Positions 61,129-64,000 of a DNA stretch of 64,000 nt are shown here, piece after piece. Position 1 is the first letter of the stretch. Each line of letters starts with the position of its first letter. A model generated the notes under the pieces. The model was not told where the DNA came from, searched no databases, and was given only the letters and a program-made list of their open reading frames with translations. This DNA comes from an archaeon (GTDB lineage Archaea; Iainarchaeota; Iainarchaeia; Iainarchaeales; 0-14-0-20-34-12): positions 1,512 through 65,511 of the forward strand of contig JBBSVU010000014.1 in the NCBI GenBank assembly GCA_038046645.1, in the 5' to 3' direction. The position numbers and the translations under genes were made by a program.

Positions 61129-62982
61129 ATGTTGGCAGGGAAAGCAGAGAAACCAAAGGAAGAAAAGTTAGAAAAGGTTCAGAAAGCTGAAAAATTAGAA
61201 GATATGCAAGGGGCAGAAGAAGCACAAGAAACCGAAGAGAATAACGGAAAAATTATTAGCGCGGAAACCCTTAGCAAGGAATTTAAGGAGCATTCTGTTG
61301 CTGAATTCTTCAAGAAGAACAGGCAGATGCTAGGCCTTTATGGAAAAATCAGGACATTGACCACAATTGTTCATGAATATGTAACTAATTCTTTGGATGC
61401 AAGTGAGGAAGCAAATATCCTGCCAGACATTGAGGTAAAGGTTGAAGAATTGGGCGAAGAATACTATGTTGTTTCTGTCCAGGACAATGGCCCTGGATTA
61501 ACTAAAGAAACTGTTGGAAAAGCATTAGGGCAATTGTTGGCAGGGACAAAATTCCATAGAATGGTGCAGATGAGGGGACAGCAAGGGATAGGCGCTTCGG
61601 GCTGTACTATGCTAAGCCAGATGACAACAGGAAAGCCAACAAAGGTAATCACTGGAACAGGAAACGGAAAAACATATTCACTTGAAATTAGCATTGATAC
61701 AAAGGAGAATAGGCCTAAGATTTCTAATTTAAAAGAAATGCTTAAACAGTTTAGGGGAGTAGCGATTCAGGCCAAATTCAAAGGAGTATTATACAAAGAA
61801 TCAGATCAAGGTGTTTTGGAATATTTAAGGAGAACAGCAATTGCAAACCCGCATGCGCAAATTAAATTCAGGGATCCTAAAGGAATTTTGACAACATTTC
61901 ACAGAAGCGTAAATAAAATTCCAAAAAGGCCTACTGAAATGAAACCTCATCCATTGGGGGTAACGATTGATGATATTTTATCATGGTCAAAAACAACTGA
62001 TGCAAGAAAAACAAACAGCTTTTTGAAAAAAGCGTTTGACAGGGTTGGGGACACATCAATTGATAAAATACAACAGAATGTCCGCTTTGATCTTAATAAA
62101 GATCCTAAACAGTTAAGCTGGGAAGAAGCAGAACAGATTATTCATTCATTTAAACAGGTAAATTTCACTGCCCCGTCAACAGAAGGATTATGCCCTATTG
62201 GTGAAGAACATATTAAAAAATCACTTGAGAATGTGGTAAAACCAGAAATTGTTTACACACTTACAAGAAAGCCAACGGTTTATTCTGGTGGGTTTCCCTT
62301 CCAGGTTGAAGTTGCAATAGCTTATGGGGGGGATGCAGGCCGTGTTGTAAATGAAACTACTCCTAAAGAAGGGGAAGTGCAGGAAAGAAGAGTAGAAATA
62401 ATGAGGTATTCAAACAGAGCGCCATTAATGTTTGATGCAGGCACTTGTGCAATCACAAAAGCTGTGCAAAGCATTGACTGGAAGAGATATGCAATGGGGG
62501 ATATAAACAATGCACCAATTTCAATCTTCGTAAACTTTATTTCAGTCCATGTACCTTACACTGGTGCTGGAAAAACATCTATTGCTGATGAAGAAGAGGT
62601 AATGGAAGAATTAAGATTGGCGTTAATGCAGGTTGGAAGAAAAACCGCCAGATACATCATAAAGAAAGAAAAGGAAAAAATCAAGCAGGAGAAGAAACGT
62701 GTATTTATGAAATATGCAATTGAAGTTGCAAAGGCTGTTGGGGAATTAACAAAGAAAGATCCTGCAAAAATTGAGAAGAAACTGCTTGACATAGTAATAA
62801 AGAGATTGAAACTAGAGGAAGAGCAGGAGAAGAAAGAGGAAGAAGCCCTTGAAGAGGAAGATGATGAAAAATTAGAGAAAGAACTTGATAAATTGGTGAA
62901 AAAGAAGGAAGCTGAGGAAAAGAAGGTTAAGGGCGGAAAAAAGAAATCTAAAAAAGCGACTGAGGAGAGTGATGAGGAATGA
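61129..62982 (+). CDS. top6B: DNA topoisomerase VI subunit B with Lys/Glu-rich C-terminal extension
   Basis: GHKL motifs EYVTNSLDA, DNGPGL, GQQGIGAS, plus the transducer domain. The last ~110 aa are KE-rich. Confidence 0.9.
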   Translation: MLAGKAEKPKEEKLEKVQKAEKLEDMQGAEEAQETEENNGKIISAETLSKEFKEHSVAEFFKKNRQMLGLYGKIRTLTTIVHEYVTNSLDASEEANILPDIEVKVEELGEEYYVVSVQDNGPGLTKETVGKALGQLLAGTKFHRMVQMRGQQGIGASGCTMLSQMTTGKPTKVITGTGNGKTYSLEISIDTKENRPKISNLKEMLKQFRGVAIQAKFKGVLYKESDQGVLEYLRRTAIANPHAQIKFRDPKGILTTFHRSVNKIPKRPTEMKPHPLGVTIDDILSWSKTTDARKTNSFLKKAFDRVGDTSIDKIQQNVRFDLNKDPKQLSWEEAEQIIHSFKQVNFTAPSTEGLCPIGEEHIKKSLENVVKPEIVYTLTRKPTVYSGGFPFQVEVAIAYGGDAGRVVNETTPKEGEVQERRVEIMRYSNRAPLMFDAGTCAITKAVQSIDWKRYAMGDINNAPISIFVNFISVHVPYTGAGKTSIADEEEVMEELRLALMQVGRKTARYIIKKEKEKIKQEKKRVFMKYAIEVAKAVGELTKKDPAKIEKKLLDIVIKRLKLEEEQEKKEEEALEEEDDEKLEKELDKLVKKKEAEEKKVKGGKKKSKKATEESDEE

Positions 62983-64000
62983 AAGCAGATCAAAAGGATT
63001 CACACGTAATAGATAAGCTTAAGGAAATGGGAAAAACTGTTTTTGAGCAGATTGAAAAAGGAGAACACCCGAGCATTGAATTACCCATACGAAGCTTGAA
63101 CAATATTTACTTTGACCAGAAAAGCCAGACAATTAAAATGGGTGATAAAACATCGCAAAGATTATTCCTCAATATAGCGCACACCAGAAAATTCATGCAG
63201 ACTACTTTAATTGCAAATGAACTGAAAAAAGTAATTGACCAAAAAGCAAACATATCTATTCGTGATCTTTACTATGCATTGAAACATACTATTGCTGGAA
63301 CAGAAGAAAACACCTTAGAAAATCAGTCGGAAAGTGACCCAATAATTGAGGACATTGAATGTTCACTAAATCTTTTAAGGGAAGAATTACATTTAGCTGC
63401 CTCTACAAAAGGAGTAATTTCTGGAAGAATGAAGGTTAAGGATGGAAAAGATACTATTGATTTGACAAAGATGGGCTCTGGCGGTTGGGGCATTCCCTCA
63501 AATGTTGAACCTGACAGGATTGAAATAAAGGATGTGGATGCAGACTATGTCTTGTTCATCGAGAAAGATGCTGTCTGGAAAAGATTTAACGAAGATAAAT
63601 TCTGGGACCATGGGAAGTGCCTTATTCTTACAGGAAGAGGGCAGCCATCAAGGGCTGAAAGAAGGCTTGCACAAAGGTTGAATAAAGAATTTAAACTGCC
63701 AGTATATGCATTAATGGATGCTGATCCTTGGGGTATGTACATTTATTCTGTAATAAAGCAAGGAAGTATTTCACTTTCATACAGTGAAGAGAAACTTGCT
63801 ACACCGCAGACAAAATACATTGGCTTGACAATTAAGGATGTTGAAACTTACAAGATTCCAAAAGAGGTAACAATTAAACTGAACCATTTGGATGCCAAGA
63901 GATTAGATGAAATGGCAAGCTATGAATGGTTCAAGAAGAAGGAATGGCAGGAAGAATTCAAAAGAATGAAGGAAAAAGCCATCAAACTTGAATTGGAAGC
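62979..64000 (+). CDS. top6A: DNA topoisomerase VI subunit A (Spo11 family), 3'-truncated by the window end
   Basis: ATG overlaps the top6B stop (ATGA). Active-site region SIRDLYYALKH. Toprim region FIEKDAVW...LTGRGQPSRA...DADPWG. The frame is open to position 64000. Confidence 0.9.
   Translation, partial: MKADQKDSHVIDKLKEMGKTVFEQIEKGEHPSIELPIRSLNNIYFDQKSQTIKMGDKTSQRLFLNIAHTRKFMQTTLIANELKKVIDQKANISIRDLYYALKHTIAGTEENTLENQSESDPIIEDIECSLNLLREELHLAASTKGVISGRMKVKDGKDTIDLTKMGSGGWGIPSNVEPDRIEIKDVDADYVLFIEKDAVWKRFNEDKFWDHGKCLILTGRGQPSRAERRLAQRLNKEFKLPVYALMDADPWGMYIYSVIKQGSISLSYSEEKLATPQTKYIGLTIKDVETYKIPKEVTIKLNHLDAKRLDEMASYEWFKKKEWQEEFKRMKEKAIKLELE

Overview
This is an AT-rich archaeal chromosome fragment. 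The archaeal identity is secure: it encodes topoisomerase VI B/A, exosome Rrp4/Rrp41/Rrp42, proteasome alpha, fibrillarin/Nop5, aIF1A/aIF2beta, RpoP, eL43 and intron-containing tRNAs. A small-genome DPANN-like host is only my inference from composition, compact ATGA-overlapping genes and Lys/Glu-rich protein tails. I see about 80 protein genes, 4 tRNAs (2 with very large introns), one intact IS200/IS605-type tnpB element plus a 52-nt end-to-end derivative, a HicAB module, and no rRNA or CRISPR.

Layout:
- 0-13 kb: M20 peptidase, SufS, an FtsX-like permease, lipid genes (UbiA, GGR), and an unusual density of thioredoxin-fold proteins. Five are membrane-anchored or secreted; with them sit a soluble glutaredoxin, ferredoxin, DUF59 and two DUF2061 paralogs.
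- 13-16 kb: tRNA-Leu, YbaK-like, GNAT-like, carbamate kinase and tRNA-Ser.
- 16-29 kb: MBL nuclease, surface protein, tRNA-Arg, GT2 synthase, fibrillarin/Nop5, HicAB, GlyRS and an HK-type ATPase.
- 29.6-35.6 kb (accessory): tRNA-Thr, an HTH_10 regulator, the tnpB IS, and a radical-SAM/PLP/small-membrane-protein operon with an XRE regulator.
- 36-50 kb: NMD3, aCPSF2, secreted M1-like protease, nadBAC, purD, thiC/thiE and a DHH phosphoesterase.
- 51-64 kb: the classic archaeal exosome/proteasome superoperon, a presenilin homolog, translation factors, RIO kinase and Top6BA.

Most interesting observations:
1. A family of polypurine/polypyrimidine hairpin elements forms homologous 133-nt and 147-nt introns in two different tRNAs. 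It also occurs outside tRNAs, once flanked by a perfect 16-bp direct repeat, and its half-copies bracket the radical-SAM cassette.
2. The radical-SAM/PLP/two-small-TM-protein operon itself.
3. A thiol-disulfide/Fe-S island includes a VKOR-associated-type Trx domain with no VKOR, a novel 2-TM+Trx protein, and an unannotated SD-preceded CCCC micro-ORF.
4. REP-like arrays of short hairpins recur at three loci.
5. Nop5 lacks its N-terminal domain and abuts HicAB.

All family calls come from motif recognition by eye. No database search, alignment program or folding program was run.
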